Shown piece after piece: positions 1 to 11,677 of a stretch of 64,000 nucleotides of DNA; position 1 is the stretch's first letter; every line of letters starts with the position of its first letter. A program made the position numbers and the translations under genes. Source of the stretch: Prasinococcaceae sp. CCMP 1430 (lineage: Eukaryota; Plantae; Prasinodermophyta); assembly GCA_013416795.1 (NCBI GenBank), contig RQSC01000525.1:2812-66811 (forward strand). Reading direction: 5' to 3'. The notes under the pieces are model-generated. The model worked only from the letters and a program-made list of their open reading frames with translations, did not search any database and had not been told where the DNA came from.

Positions 1-1
1 G

Positions 2-436
2 GCGGCGTCCACCGGCGGCGGCGGCGGCGCCGCGGCTGCCGCGACGCAGGCGCCTCCGGCCCGCACCACGATGCTCGACAAGCTCAAGGAGTACGGCATG
101 GCGGGCGTGCTGAGCTACGGCGTGTTCAACACGACGTACTACATCGTCGCGTTCTGCGTGGGCGCGCGCATGGTGGACCTCCCCGCGGGCGCGGGCATCG
201 CGGCCGTCTGCCGCAAGCTGGCCGAGGTGCTGGCGGTGGTGTGGGTGGGGAGCCAGGCGACCAAGCCGCTGCGCGCGGGCGCCGCGCTCACGCTCGCGCC
301 CTTCGCCGACCGCCTGCTGGGCGCGACCGCCAGCCGCCTCGGCATGGGCCGCGCCGGCGCCTTCGCCGCCATCACCGCGTCGTGCTTCGCCGCCGCAGCG
401 GCCGTCTTCGCCGCCGTCGCCCTCGCCGTCGCGTGA
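2..436 (+). CDS. Membrane protein, DUF1279/FAM210-like (5' part lies upstream of the window)
   Basis: Frame is open from the window start through KLKEYGMAGVLSYGVFNTTYY...KPLRAGAALTLAPFADRLL and a hydrophobic tail; strong C/G third-position bias. Family assignment is from motif recall only. Confidence 0.55.
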   Translation, partial: AASTGGGGGAAAAATQAPPARTTMLDKLKEYGMAGVLSYGVFNTTYYIVAFCVGARMVDLPAGAGIAAVCRKLAEVLAVVWVGSQATKPLRAGAALTLAPFADRLLGATASRLGMGRAGAFAAITASCFAAAAAVFAAVALAVA

Positions 437-908
437 CGCCCCGCGGGGGCCGGCCAGGGGGAGGGGAAGAGGAGCGCCGCCGAGGTCTTTGGGAGGACGC
501 CGCGCGGCAGCGCACGCATTTTTTAGACCCTATGAAACCCTATACCTTAAAAACAAACCTCAAAACCTCACGCACTCGTCCTCCGGCGAGGGAGGGGAGG
601 AGCGGAGGGAGGGGGGCGCAGCCGTCGTGGACGCGCGCCTGCGCCCCACTCGCACAGCAGCAGTCGATGGAGGTCGCAGCGTGTCCACACCTGCTTGCGT
701 GTGTTGGGGGTAGGGGGTGGGGGGGTGGGGGCAGGCGCGTGTGTGTGTCGGTGCTGTGCACGGCGATCCTCATCATCGCTCTCTTCTCTGCGCTGTCCGG
801 CGTCTGCCGCGTTGGGACGGCTGCGTCCGTCTTCGAAGCGGCGCTCTCGGTCGTTCTTTGCATTGTCATAGACCACGTACGTGTGTAGCCCCCCCCCCTC
901 TTCTTCGC

Positions 909-1145
909 CTAGTAGTTGTCCGCGGCCGGCGCGAGGACGACGACGACAACGCCGACGAGCGCCAGCAGCGCGAGGAAGCCGACGACGATCACCGAGTCGA
1001 AGAGCGCCTCGACGGTGTGCTCGGGGTCCTCAGATGCGCGTACGCCCGCGCGGTCGGGGTTGTACATTCCCGACGTGTCGCGCGGCTGCGGCGACACGTC
1101 GCGGCCCTCACCCCCTGCAGCGCTGCCCTCCTTGGTGGCGTGCAT
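909..1145 (-). CDS. Possible small tail-anchored hypothetical protein (about 78 aa)
   Basis: MHATKEGS...TVEALFDSVIVVGFLALLALVGVVVVVLAPAADNY*: one C-terminal hydrophobic helix and coding-like codon use; no family recognised. Confidence 0.3.
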   Translation of the reverse strand: MHATKEGSAAGGEGRDVSPQPRDTSGMYNPDRAGVRASEDPEHTVEALFDSVIVVGFLALLALVGVVVVVLAPAADNY

Positions 1146-1787
1146 CGGCGGCAGCAGCCGCTCGCAGCGCCGCGTGGGAAAGACGCGCACCCTCACATCC
1201 GCGCGCCCGCGCGCGAGCGAGGGTGCCCGTGCGCGTGCGCATGTGCGTACGTGCGAGAGTGATTGCACCAACGCCGCCATCGGCACAGCCAAGGCGTCCT
1301 CCGTACCGAGCAGTCGCTGCAGGCACAGCGCCTGTCGCGGCCCGAGTTGGCGGCGCCCCACACCTCTGCTATGCCGCCGCCGCGCGCACCGCACGCACAA
1401 GGCACACACGCACGCAGGCACGCGTACAGACACGCACGCACGCTCACGTAGGGACGTGCACCCACCCACCCACCCACCCACACGCACACGCACGTGCGGT
1501 CACACGCCCCGCGGTACAGAGCCGCAAGCGCGCTCGCCCGCCGCGCTGCCAGATATGGCGCCGGCGCTGACTCAGCCGGGACGGAACGCGTGCGCGCGCG
1601 CGCGATGAGGTTTAGGTTTACTACATTAAGGTTTGCATGCGCACTAAAGCGCCATACAGTAAAGTCATGATGATAAAATCGCCTTGGCATAAAATAGGGT
1701 CTGTGGTTGACTGTGCATGCCAGAGTTTGAACTCGCAGCTCGGGTCCCTCGCGACAGCCAGCGGCAGCAGCGGCAGGCGCGGGGAGG

Positions 1788-2909
1788 GTGGTGGCACAGG
1801 CACGCGGGCGGCGCAGGTGCGCCTCCCCGAGGAGGGTGGTGGGGGGCTGGGGGGCTCGAGAGCCNGCGGGCCCGCGCGTCGAGGCGGGCGGCGAGGCGTC
1901 CGCGCAGGCGGATGGCGGCGGCGGCGGCGGGGGAGAGGAGGCGCAGGGGGCGGTGTGGCACGTAGTGACCGCCGACGGGTGCTGCAAGGGCAACCCCGGG
2001 CCCGCCGCGCAGGGCGCCGTCCTGTACGACCCCCGGGGCTGGGCGCGCTGCGTGCGCCACTCGTTCTCGCCAGGGACACACACGAACAACGAGAGCGAGT
2101 ACCTCGCGGTGGACGCGGCGCTGTCCCTCGCCGAGGAGGAGCTGCTCGGCGCTGCGGAGGGTGACGGCGGCAATGGAGGCGGTGGCCCCGGCGATGGTAT
2201 CCGCCTGCTCGTAGTGGGCGACTCGCAGGTCATCCTGCGGCAGCTGGACGGGCGGTACAAGATCCGGGGGGCCGAGCTGAACGCGCTGCGAGCGCGCGTG
2301 CGCACGCGCGAGGCGCGCTTTGGCGACGTGCGCTACGCGCACGTCCGCCGCGAGTGGAACGCGCGCGCCGACCGCGCGTCCAACGCCGCGCTCGACGAAT
2401 TCAGCGGCAGCGCAGAGGCCATGCGCCGCGACACGCGAGTCGACACCGAGTCGGAGATGCGCGACCGGAGCCTCAGGCTGGAGCTCCCTGACGACATGGA
2501 ACAGGAAAACCCGGCCGCCGCGGAGGCCATCGCGGCGCTTCGCGTGGCGTACGCAGAGGCAGAGGGCGCTGAGGAGGTCGCTGAGCGCAGGTGCGAGCGG
2601 CAGCGCGAGCGCACGGCGCGGCCTGTGCGGCATGCGCACTGCGGCGCGGACCCGTCGCCCCGTGTGTGGCTCGCGCCGCCTCCTCCAACCCCAGTCCCTC
2701 TGCCCGCCGCGAACGCGCGCGTGCGGTCGAATGCTCGATGGCGCACTGACCCCATGGCATGCTCTCTCTCGCCCGTCAGGCCCGACAGTCGAGGTAGCGA
2801 CGACGGCGCCGTGGCCGCGGCGGCGGCGGCGGTCGAGCAGATCGCCAAGGAGCTGGTCGACATCGAGAAGAAGGTGGCCACGGTGCGGCGAAAGCTCATG
2901 GGGGCGTAG
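1788..2909 (+). CDS. RNH1: Ribonuclease HI (archaeal/actinobacterial-type RNase_HI_like domain) with C-terminal helical extension; true start uncertain (gap N at 1865)
   Basis: Motifs TADGCCKGNPGPA, TNNESEYLA, VVGDSQVILRQLDGRYKI and HVRREWNARADRASNAALD supply all four acidic catalytic residues; TGTAA at 2989-2993 downstream. Confidence 0.85.
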   Translation: MVAQARGRRRCASPRRVVGGWGAREXAGPRVEAGGEASAQADGGGGGGGEEAQGAVWHVVTADGCCKGNPGPAAQGAVLYDPRGWARCVRHSFSPGTHTNNESEYLAVDAALSLAEEELLGAAEGDGGNGGGGPGDGIRLLVVGDSQVILRQLDGRYKIRGAELNALRARVRTREARFGDVRYAHVRREWNARADRASNAALDEFSGSAEAMRRDTRVDTESEMRDRSLRLELPDDMEQENPAAAEAIAALRVAYAEAEGAEEVAERRCERQRERTARPVRHAHCGADPSPRVWLAPPPPTPVPLPAANARVRSNARWRTDPMACSLSPVRPDSRGSDDGAVAAAAAAVEQIAKELVDIEKKVATVRRKLMGA

Positions 2910-3194
2910 AAGTTCGGTCCGGCCAGCGGCGGCAAACGTGGCGCCGTTCAGCAGCTGCCGCTGCTCCGGCGGCCGTCATGTGTGTACATGTAACAGTATC
3001 TCGGGCGCGCGCGCCCTACATTGTTCCACGCGACCGCGGCGCGCCAGCCAGTGGCCGCAATGACGGGCACCCCGTGCCATGCTGCGCGCTGGCTCCCGGG
3101 GCCAGTCGGCACGCGCAGCGCGCGCACGCGGCCGTGGCGCGGGCCCGTTCGTAAGTAGTCAATTAGTTACAGCGCAGCGTTGTGGGCCCCGAGC

Positions 3195-4089
3195 TTACTT
3201 GCGGCCACCGTAGCGGTTGTTGTTGCCGCTGGCGACGGTGACGCCCGGCAGGTTGGCCATGCCCATCGCCCTGAGCATCTCAATGCTGTCCTTGTCCACC
3301 TCGATGGTGTCGACGTCGAGCGCGGACTGGTCCGGCACGAAGTCCATGCGGCGCTCGCGCTCCTCCTCCTGCAGCTTGAGCGAGATGCCGCGCACGGGGC
3401 CGCGCTGGATGCGCTTCATCAGGTGCGTGGTGAAGCCGGCGATCTTGTTGCGCAGGCGCTTCGAGGGGATCACGGCGACCTCCTCGGCGATCTTCTTGTT
3501 GGTCTGGAAGTCGAGCGTGAGGCGGCTGTAGTACTTCTCGACAATCACGCGCGCCGCCTTCTTGGTGGTCTTGGTGCGGACGCGACCCTGTGGCGCGGCG
3601 GATCATCGCAGACGGACGAGACGGGGTGCGCGGCGGGCGACGGGTCAGCGACGGCATGCGCCGACGGCGCGGGGCGGCGCGGGGCGGCGCGGTGCCCCAC
3701 CGAACAAGCGCATCGAGCACGCCGAGCGCGCGCGCGCTGGCACGTTCTCATGGGCGCGCGCGGCGCTGAGCTGCGACNNNNNNNNNNNNNNNNNNNNNNN
3801 NNNNNNNNNNNNNNNNNNNNNNNNNNNNNNNNNNNNNNNNNNNNNNNNNNNNNNNNNNNNNNNNNNNNNNNNNNNNNNNNNNNNNNNNNNNNNNNNNNNN
3901 NNNNNNNNNNNNNNNNNNNNNNNNNNNNNNNNNNNNNNNNNNNNNNNNNNNNNNNNNNNNNNNNNNNNNNNNNNNNNNNNNNNNNNNNNNNNNNNNNNNN
4001 NNNNNNCCCCCCCCCCACCCCCGCAACACACTCATCCCCTCCCAGAGCGCCCCCTTCCCGACCCCTCGCGGACGCGCGCGACGCACCAT
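3195..4089 (-). CDS. RPS17: 40S ribosomal protein S17 (eS17), 2 exons: ATG-only exon 4089-4087 and exon 3587-3195
   Basis: M|[85 protein letters not shown]; donor ATG|GTGCGT, acceptor CAG|GGT; TGTAA on the minus strand at 3171-3167. Confidence 0.97.
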
Positions 4090-4429
4090 GGCTGCTGGCG
4101 GGAAGGGTGCGAGCGAGTGCGCGCGCGGTGTGGCGCGCGAGCCCCACCCGCCGCACCCGCACGCCGCGCCAAAAAAAAACAATTAAAACCCAAAAATAAA
4201 AAAAATAAAAAGGCGTGCCTTGCAGGCCGTGGCGTCCTCGTCACATTGCATTCGAGGGGGGCACTGACCGAAAATCCTCGTACGATGCCATGCGCGAACG
4301 AACATGCAATCGAAGGTCAGAACGCATGCAAATTGAGCGGATGAGTGCAACGTGACGTGCGAAAAGCGCAGGTCAAGAAGCGAGCGACGGGCGGGGGCGC
4401 CCCGTCGGGGCGCCGTTGGCGCGCGGCCG

Positions 4430-4835
4430 GCGGCGGCGCCAGTTTTTCTTTTAGATCTTTTCGAGGGGATTTTGCAGGCGGAAAACACCCCCGAAAACGC
4501 CCCCGGGGAAAAAAAGGGCGCGCGGCCCCGGCGCGCGGCGTCGCGAAATGCGCCTCGGTGAAATGACATAAATGTACGCAGACATGAAACGGCGGAATAA
4601 GCGCGTTTGAAAAGAGGATAATTACGGGGGGTGATGCGCCCCCTTTTTTCTTTTAGATCTTTTCGAGGGGATTTTACAGGCGGAAAACGCCCGTAAACGC
4701 CCCCGGGGAAAAACAGGCGCGGCGCGGCGGCGGCTGCGCGCGCGCTTCCGAAACGCACAGCGGTGAAACTATTCGGACGTTAGTAGGTATTAAATGACGG
4801 AATACTCGCTTTTGAAAATCAGATAATTACGGGAG
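4430..4835. promoter_or_regulatory. Divergent RPS17/RPL27 promoter region built from an approximately 200-bp two-copy tandem duplication
   Basis: A 44-nt core TTTTTCTTTTAGATCTTTTCGAGGGGATTTT(G/A)CAGGCGGAAAAC occurs at 4443-4486 and 4645-4688 with 1 mismatch; GATAATTACGGG occurs near 4617 and 4822. Confidence 0.7.
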
Positions 4836-4946
4836 TTGCGCGGCGTGGGCGTGCGCGCGGCGGCGGCTGGAGGTCACGGCGGCGCGCTGGGGGTGGGCGC
4901 CAGACCGCGCGCGCAGCAGCAGTCCCCTCCCACCCCTGCCGCAGCC

Positions 4947-5699
4947 ATGGTGAAGTTCATGAAGAACGGCAAGGTGGTGGTGCTCCTCACCGGCCGCTTC
5001 GCCGGCCGCAAGGCGGTGATCGTCAAGAACTACGACGAGGGCACGCCGCAGAGGCCGTACGGCCACGCGATCGTGTGCGGCATCAACAAGTACCCGCGCA
5101 AGGTGCGGGCGGCGCGCGAGCGGCGGCGCGCGAGCGGCGGCGCGNNNNNNNNNNNNNNNNNNNNNNNNNNNNNNNNNNNNNNNNNNNNNNNNNNNNNNNN
5201 NNNNNNNNNNNNNNNCGCGCGCCAGCTCCCGATCGCGCGCGCCAGGCGCGGCCACGCGGAAGTCGTCGGGGGCGCCCTGCCGGGCGGAAGCGCGCATGGG
5301 GAGTCGGGGACGAGCCCCGCGCGCACGCGCGCCAGGGCCGGTGCGCGCGAGGGTTGCCGCGCCCATCGGCCCATTTTCTGACATTTCCCCGCGCCCGAAA
5401 AAAAAAAAAACGCATCGCTCGCCGCCGCCCGCCTGCGCGCCACGCAGGTGAAGAAGAGGCAGTCGAAGAAGGAGCAGGAGAAGCGCGCCCGCATGAAGAC
5501 CTTCGTGAAGGTGGTCAACTACAACCACCTCATGCCCACCCGCTACACCATGGACGCCGACCTCAAGTCGATCGTCACCGCCGACGTCGTCGACAACGAG
5601 GCCAAGCGCACCGAGGCTAAGAAGGAGTCCAAGAAGGTGCTCGAGGAGCGCTTCCAGACGGGCAAGAACCGCTGGTTCTTCACCAAGCTGCGCTTCTAA
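4947..5699 (+). CDS. RPL27: 60S ribosomal protein L27 (eL27), exons 4947-5102 and 5448-5699
   Basis: [49 protein letters not shown]|VKKRQSKK...[17 protein letters not shown]...[12 protein letters not shown]; GT-AG intron. Confidence 0.97.
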
Positions 5700-6261
5700 A
5701 TCGCGGGTCCTACGAAGGCCCCCTGACGCGCGCCGCAGGGCGAACCCCGCCGCATCGCACATGCGCATGCGGGGTCGCCGCGCTGGACGCGCAGGGGCCG
5801 GACTCGTGAGCAGCGCCGCTCACCTCTCGCAGCACGGGTAATGGTACGATACACGTACACGAACACTGCGTCGGGCGCCTGCGCGACGCGCACGAGCAGC
5901 ACCGCTCGCGGCGCGGGCGCGGGCGCGCGCGCGCACGCACGCATGCGCACAAGCGCACGCGCACACGGGCACAGGCACGTATGCACACGGCGCGCCCTGG
6001 CGCAGCCCGCCACGACAGTCCACACAAATTGGCGGCACGCCTCGCCGTGCCTGCGGGGCGCGCCTCGGGCTCCGCTCCCCGCAGCGGCGGCTTACACGGG
6101 GCCGCGCGGCGCGCATGCATGCGCGGCGCGCGTGTGAGATCCCGTCCGTCGCAACGCCCCGCCCGGTCGCCGGCGAGCTCCTGCTAGTGTACACGCGCTC
6201 ACTTGGACAGCACGCCCTGTTACGGCCCGCGCCGAGGAAGGCGGCGTCGCGGCAGGTCATG

Positions 6262-7195
6262 TCAGCGGCGCGTACGCACGTCGACGTGCGGCATGTTCGA
6301 CAGTGTTCGTGCGTGCGCGTGTTTGCGTGATTGCCTGCGTGCGCTGTGTGTGTGCATGTTTGTGCGTGTGTATGTGTGCGTGTGCGTGCGTGTGCGTGGG
6401 GGAGGGGGGTAGGATGCGCACGTGCCCACGCGTGCACGAGCACACTTCGCGGCGTCGCGCGAATAAAGGGGATGGCGCACCTGGAAGGGGTCGCGGTCCT
6501 GCAGGGCCGTCCGGATGATCTCCGCGCTGGCCTCGCGCTGCGGGTCGGCCTCGAGCTCCTTGCCGAAGCCCTTCTCCTTGCGCCACTCGGTGGAGTAGAT
6601 CTTGGAGAGGTACTTGATGCCACTGTCGGGCAGCACGGTGACGATGACGCCGCTGTCGATGCGGCCGGAGAGCTCCACGCAGCCGTGCACGTTGAGCCCC
6701 CCCGAGCCGCCCGCCAGGACGCCCTCCGTCTCGGACATGCGCTGGCACATGTCGAAGGCCTGCTTGTCGGTCACCGAGATCATGCTGTCGACGTAGTCGA
6801 AGTTCATCGTGCCCGGCACGCTGTCCTTGCCCACGCCCTCGACGCAGTACGAGCGCGCCGCCAGCACGCCCTGCTTGTGTGCCACCTTGCCGTTGTTGAA
6901 GGCGCCCAGCAGCACCGAGCCCACCGGGTCGGGGCACAGCACCTTGACGGCGCCACCGGAGACCTCCTTGAGGTACTTGCCCGTGCCCGACACCGTGCCG
7001 CCCGTCGAGCCGCCCGCGACGAAGTGCGTCACGCGACCCGCAGTCTGCTCCCAGATCTCGGGGCCCAGAGTCTTGTAGTACGCCACGGGGTTGTCGGGGT
7101 TCTCGTACTGGTCCACGCCGAAGTAGCTGAGGGCGCGCCATCCAGGCGCGAGCACGCGCGTGTCAGATGCACGCGCGTGCGCGCGTGTTCGCGCG

Positions 7196-7255
<60 letters not shown>

Positions 7256-7641
7256 TGTGTGTTTGTGTGTGTGTGTGCGTGTACGCGTGCGCGAATGCGT
7301 CCAGTGTGTGTGCGTGCGAGTGAATGCGTGCAAGGTAGGTGTGTGCGCGCACACGCGCGCGCCCTCACCCCTTGTTGCGCGCGCACAGCGTGGCCTCGAG
7401 ATTCACGTAGTGCTCCGGGTGATCAGCGGCGAGGCCATCGGCCGCCACGATGAGCTCGCCGCCGTACGCCCGCATGGAGTCGCGCTTCTCCTCGGAGCAC
7501 TTCTTGTTGGTGATGGCGATGTACTTGTACCCGCGCATCGCCGCCATCATAGCGATCGCCGCGCCCGTGTTGCCCGACGTCGACGCCACCACCTGCGTGC
7601 GGGCGTGAGCACGTGTGCGAGTCAGACGTGCGTGTGTGTCT

Positions 7642-7710
<69 letters not shown>

Positions 7711-8088
7711 CACGCTCGTGCGCGCGTGTGCGCGATCGCACTCGCACACACACTCACGCACAGCCGCGCGCGCCCGGCTGACACGCGCACACGTCTGCGT
7801 GGCGCACCCGCACGGCTCCTCCTGCGCCGATCGGCGCGCACTTACCGTGTCGCCCGCCTTGAGCCTCCCCTCCGCCTCGGCGTTGGCGATGATGTGCTGC
7901 GCGATGCGGTCCTTGATGGAGCCCGACGGGTTGAGGAACTCCGCCTTGGCGAGGATCTTCACGTTGGGGTTGCGGCTGAGCCTGCTCAGGTCGATCAGCG
8001 GCGTGCCGCCGATGAGCGTCGACGCGCGGCCCACCGGCGGCGCCTCGCCGCCGCCCGCCCGCCGCTCGGAGCTCTGCTTGGCGCCCAT
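6262..8088 (-). CDS. PLP-dependent cystathionine beta-synthase / cysteine synthase-like enzyme (exons 8088-7846, 7592-7369, 7126-about 6481 or 6262; 3' end uncertain)
   Basis: IGGTPLIDL, KAEFLNPSGSIKDR (PLP lysine), STSGNTG, DQYENPDNP, GGSTGGTVSGTGKYLK, VEGVG, EGVLAGGSGG, VTVLPDSGIKYLSKIY; in-frame GT-AG introns with (CA)n. Confidence 0.9.
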
Positions 8089-8489
8089 CGCGCTCGCGGC
8101 GGGAGGCGCGGAAGGCGCGGAAGGCGAGGGCGTGCGTCCACGCGCGCGAGCGCGCACACGCACACACACAGCTGCACACACACACACCCGCACCCGCACA
8201 CACACAGCTGCGCGCGCGCGCGCGAGCGCGCGTCTGCCGTCTGCCGCGCGGGCGCAAGCCGCAGCCGCCGCCGCAGTCACGGCCACCCCCGCCGCACCCG
8301 GCCCCGACCCACACACCAGCGCGCGCGCGAGCGGTGTGGCGCGCCCCTCACTGGCGCGGGCATCGACGCGCACATGCAGACGCACGTAGGCTTGCGCTCA
8401 CACACGCACGCGCCCGCCCGCCCGCCCGCACGCACGCACGCACGCGCCGCGCCGTGCCGTGCCGTGCGCCCTGGCGGCCTCGAACTGGA

Positions 8490-8812
8490 TAACTCGCGCG
8501 TGCGTGTGCGTGCGCGTGTGCGTGTGCGTGTGCGTGTGCGCGTGCGCGTGTGTGTGTCAGACGTGTGTTCTCGTGTGTGTGTGTGCGTGTGTGAATGTGT
8601 GAATGTGTGTGAATGTGTGTGTGTGTGCTGTGCGTGTGTGAACGTGTGTGTGTGAGAATGTGTGCGTGTGTGTGAATGTGTGTGTGTGAAAATGTGTGTG
8701 TGTGTGAACGTGTGTGTGTGAAAATGTGTGTGTGTGTGAACGTGTGTGTGTGTGAATGTGTGTGTGCGTATGTGTGTGTGAATGTGTGAATGTGTGTGTG
8801 TGCTGTGCGTGT
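8490..8812. repeat. Compound (TG)n / (TGTGTGAA) microsatellite
   Basis: Direct reading: long TG runs interrupted by GAA/GAAC/GAAT. Confidence 0.9.
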
Positions 8813-9346
8813 AACGCTTTTTGACCTGCGGGGAAGAGCGCGCGAGCTCGCACCACGTACGTTTAGTAAAGGTTTGACGGGGCCACGGCGAGCGCGATGT
8901 TTGAGGTCGTAGTCTCCAGGGTTTGTATTTAGAAGTTCGCATGCATTTTGATACGTCGAAGTTCGCATGCATTTTGATAGGCGTTGCATTTTTGCATGCT
9001 TTTTGACGTGCGGGGCGGCGGGCGAGCCGTTCGGGCCTCTGTGCCACTCTGCTGCGGCGTTCGAATTCGGGCTGCGCCGAGGCGCGGGGCCGCAGGCGTC
9101 GGCGACGGTGGTGGTGGGGGGGGTGTGGAGAGGGTGTGCCACACTGCGGGCACGCGAGGGGAGGTGGGAGGTGGGAGGTGCACGCGCGCGCGCGCACTCT
9201 CACGCTGCCCCGCGCGCGCAGCACGCGTGCGCGCTCTTCCCCCGACCCCACATTCGCATCCGCCGCACGGGGTTGGCGGTGGGTGTGGGGCGTGTGCCAC
9301 ACTGAGGGCCCGCGGGGGGGGGAGGTGGGTGCGCAAGGGGTTGGAT

Positions 9347-9552
9347 ATGCCGTCGTCGGCGCCGACGGCCGCGGACGTGGGCGCGCTGCGCGCGCGCGCC
9401 GCGGCGGAGCCCGGCCGCGACGCCGCCGAGCGCCTACTCGTGGAATCGCTGGCGAACGTGCAGGCGCGGGCGGAGGCCGCTGCCGCCGCGCACGCGGCCC
9501 AGCGCGCCGCGCGCCAGGCGCGGCTGCAGGCGCTGATCGCCGGCGGCGCACA

Positions 9553-9590
<38 letters not shown>

Positions 9591-11419
9591 CGGATCCAAA
9601 ACCGGCCCTTCCCGGCGGCCGAGGACGTCGCGACGCGGCGACAGCGGCGCTGGCGGCGCTCGGCGGCCTTAAGGCACTCTCGCCGGGCGCCGACGCCGAG
9701 CACGCGGACGCCCTCGGGCGCCCGCCCGCAGGCCCGCACGGCGCCTGGCTCGCGGAGCCCGCCGCGCTCGCGTCGGACGGCGACACGCCCGCTAGGCTCG
9801 AGGCGCTCGCGTCGCGTGTCGGGGCACTGCGGCGGCACTTCGGGGTTGACACCACGCCGCCCAAGGCTCTTCCGGCAGTCGTGCAGTCGACGACGCGCTC
9901 GCCCACGCCGGCTGCCGAGGCGCTCGGCTCGTCGCCCTCGCTCCCGGGGGATGCGCTTCGGCTCACATTCTCGCGCTCGTCGTCGGCGTCCCCGTTGCGC
10001 GCGCGCGTACACGCGCTCGCAGGCGCGAGCGCGGGGTTTGGCTCACCGCTGGGGGTTGCTGCAAGGCCCGCCAGTGCCCCGATGGCCGCGGTCGCGACGG
10101 GGCTTGGGACCACGGGGGATGATGCCGGCGCACACGGCCTCGTAAGTCCGTCGGTGGCAGCGGCACGCGAGGCGCTCGCCGCTGCCGACGAAGCGGCGGC
10201 AGTCGACGCCGCCCGTGCGGCGGCGAGGGCGAGGCTTGCGGCGGAGGCGACCAAGGTAAGTGGCGAGTGCTTTGCGCCCGCACGCGCTCCTTCCGCACGG
10301 GCGCACGCACCCGAGCACGCGTGAGCGCGCGCCGGGCTTCATCGACTCATCTCCGCGAAAGTGGTGCTGACCCGCTGCGCTCGTCCTCTGCTCTTTTTTC
10401 CCTTACCGTCCTCCACATTTCTCTTGCGCGCGCCCCGACGTGCGCGACGATAGAGCGCTGTGCTCGTCGCCGCGGCAAGAGCGCCCGCGCGCGAGCGATT
10501 ACACACCGCAGCTGCCGGCGGGCGCGCGCGCGCGCGCTCGGCCGGCCCACCGCACGTGCGCGAGACCGCAGCGAGCCGGGCGCGCGCGCGCGCAGTGTCT
10601 GCACCCCGCCGTCTCGATGCCGTCGAGCGGCGGATGGCGCGCTCAAAGCGTGCGCTGGCCGGACACCGCGCGCGTGACGGCGGTCCCACTCTCGCAGAGA
10701 GGACAGTTCGGCCACAGGAGGTGCGACGTGCTCTCCCCTTCGTGTGCCTGCGGCCGCCGCTTGCGTGCACGGCTGACGACCTCGACGCACGCTGTGTCAC
10801 GGCCACGCGCGCGCGCACGCGCGCTCAGACCGAGTCCAAGCCTGTTCTCGCAAGCGTGAGCACATCGCATGCCACTCGCTCGCCGACGCCTTCCCTGCCG
10901 GTGCCGTCCCGCTCGCGAGCGGCATCGGCTCCCCTCAGCCGTACGCCGCCGCTCCGCGCGCGCGCGCCGTCGCTGTCGCCGCCGGCGGGCGCGGGCTCGC
11001 CGTCGAGCACGCTGCTCACGCAGCTCCGAGCGCTCGCGCGCACCGCGCGGAAGGCGCGCCGCTCGAGCGAGGCTGGCGACTGGGAAGAAGCCGCGGCTGC
11101 TGCTGCGCTGGCCGTGAGTGCAACCGGTGGTAGGTCGGCGTCGGGCGCGGCGTGTGGCGATGAGCCCACGGCGATGGCGGCGCGGCTGGTCGGGGAAGTG
11201 AACGAGCGCATGGCCGCGGCGGCGGTGCGGCTGCACGCCCCGTTCAGCGCGAGCGGCGTGGCACGCCACCTGGGGGTGGGTGCCGGCGGCGTTGGCGTCC
11301 GCGAGCTGGGCGCCTCCGCACGGGACGTCACAGCGCCAGGCGCGCACGCGCGCGAAGGCGCCCTGGACGGGCGCGAACGCGCGCCGGGCGCGGCTGAGTC
11401 AAGACGCGCCAGCGTCTAG
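9347..11419 (+). CDS. Hypothetical Ala-rich low-complexity protein with polyQ (exons about 9347-10255 and 10829-11419)
   Basis: MPSSAPTAADVG... with a CAG-encoded Q13 tract; donor AAG|GTAAGT at 10255/6 and acceptor CTCAG|ACC at 10828/9 are in frame; no domain recognised. Confidence 0.5.
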
Positions 11420-11677
11420 CTAGTATTTCAGGAGTAGGACGGATGAGTGGAGCCTGTCGGGCACTGTCGCAGCGCGCGCGGCGGACTGCGCGCTCGCTGC
11501 GTGTTCGGATCGCCTGCATTTGTGCGTAGGCTGGGCGTGGGCGAGCCTCTTGTACGCGCGCGCGAGACACAAAAATGGATGATACAATCGGCAGAGCCGC
11601 GCGAGCGTGCGTCGGCGCAGGAGGCCGCGCGCGCCCGCGCGCGCGAGAGTGAGGTGGCCGCCCCCCGGCCTCGCCGC

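Noticed and set aside
540-890. Short ORFs VYDNAKNDRERRFEDG (minus) and hydrophobic ILIIALFSAL (plus)
   Set aside because: They are mutually antisense, with no ATG or splice support and no recognisable family; neither can be supported.
1788-2909. RNase H as part of an LTR retrotransposon
   Set aside because: No RT, integrase, gag or LTRs are adjacent; it has a host-type poly(A) signal and a C-terminal extension.
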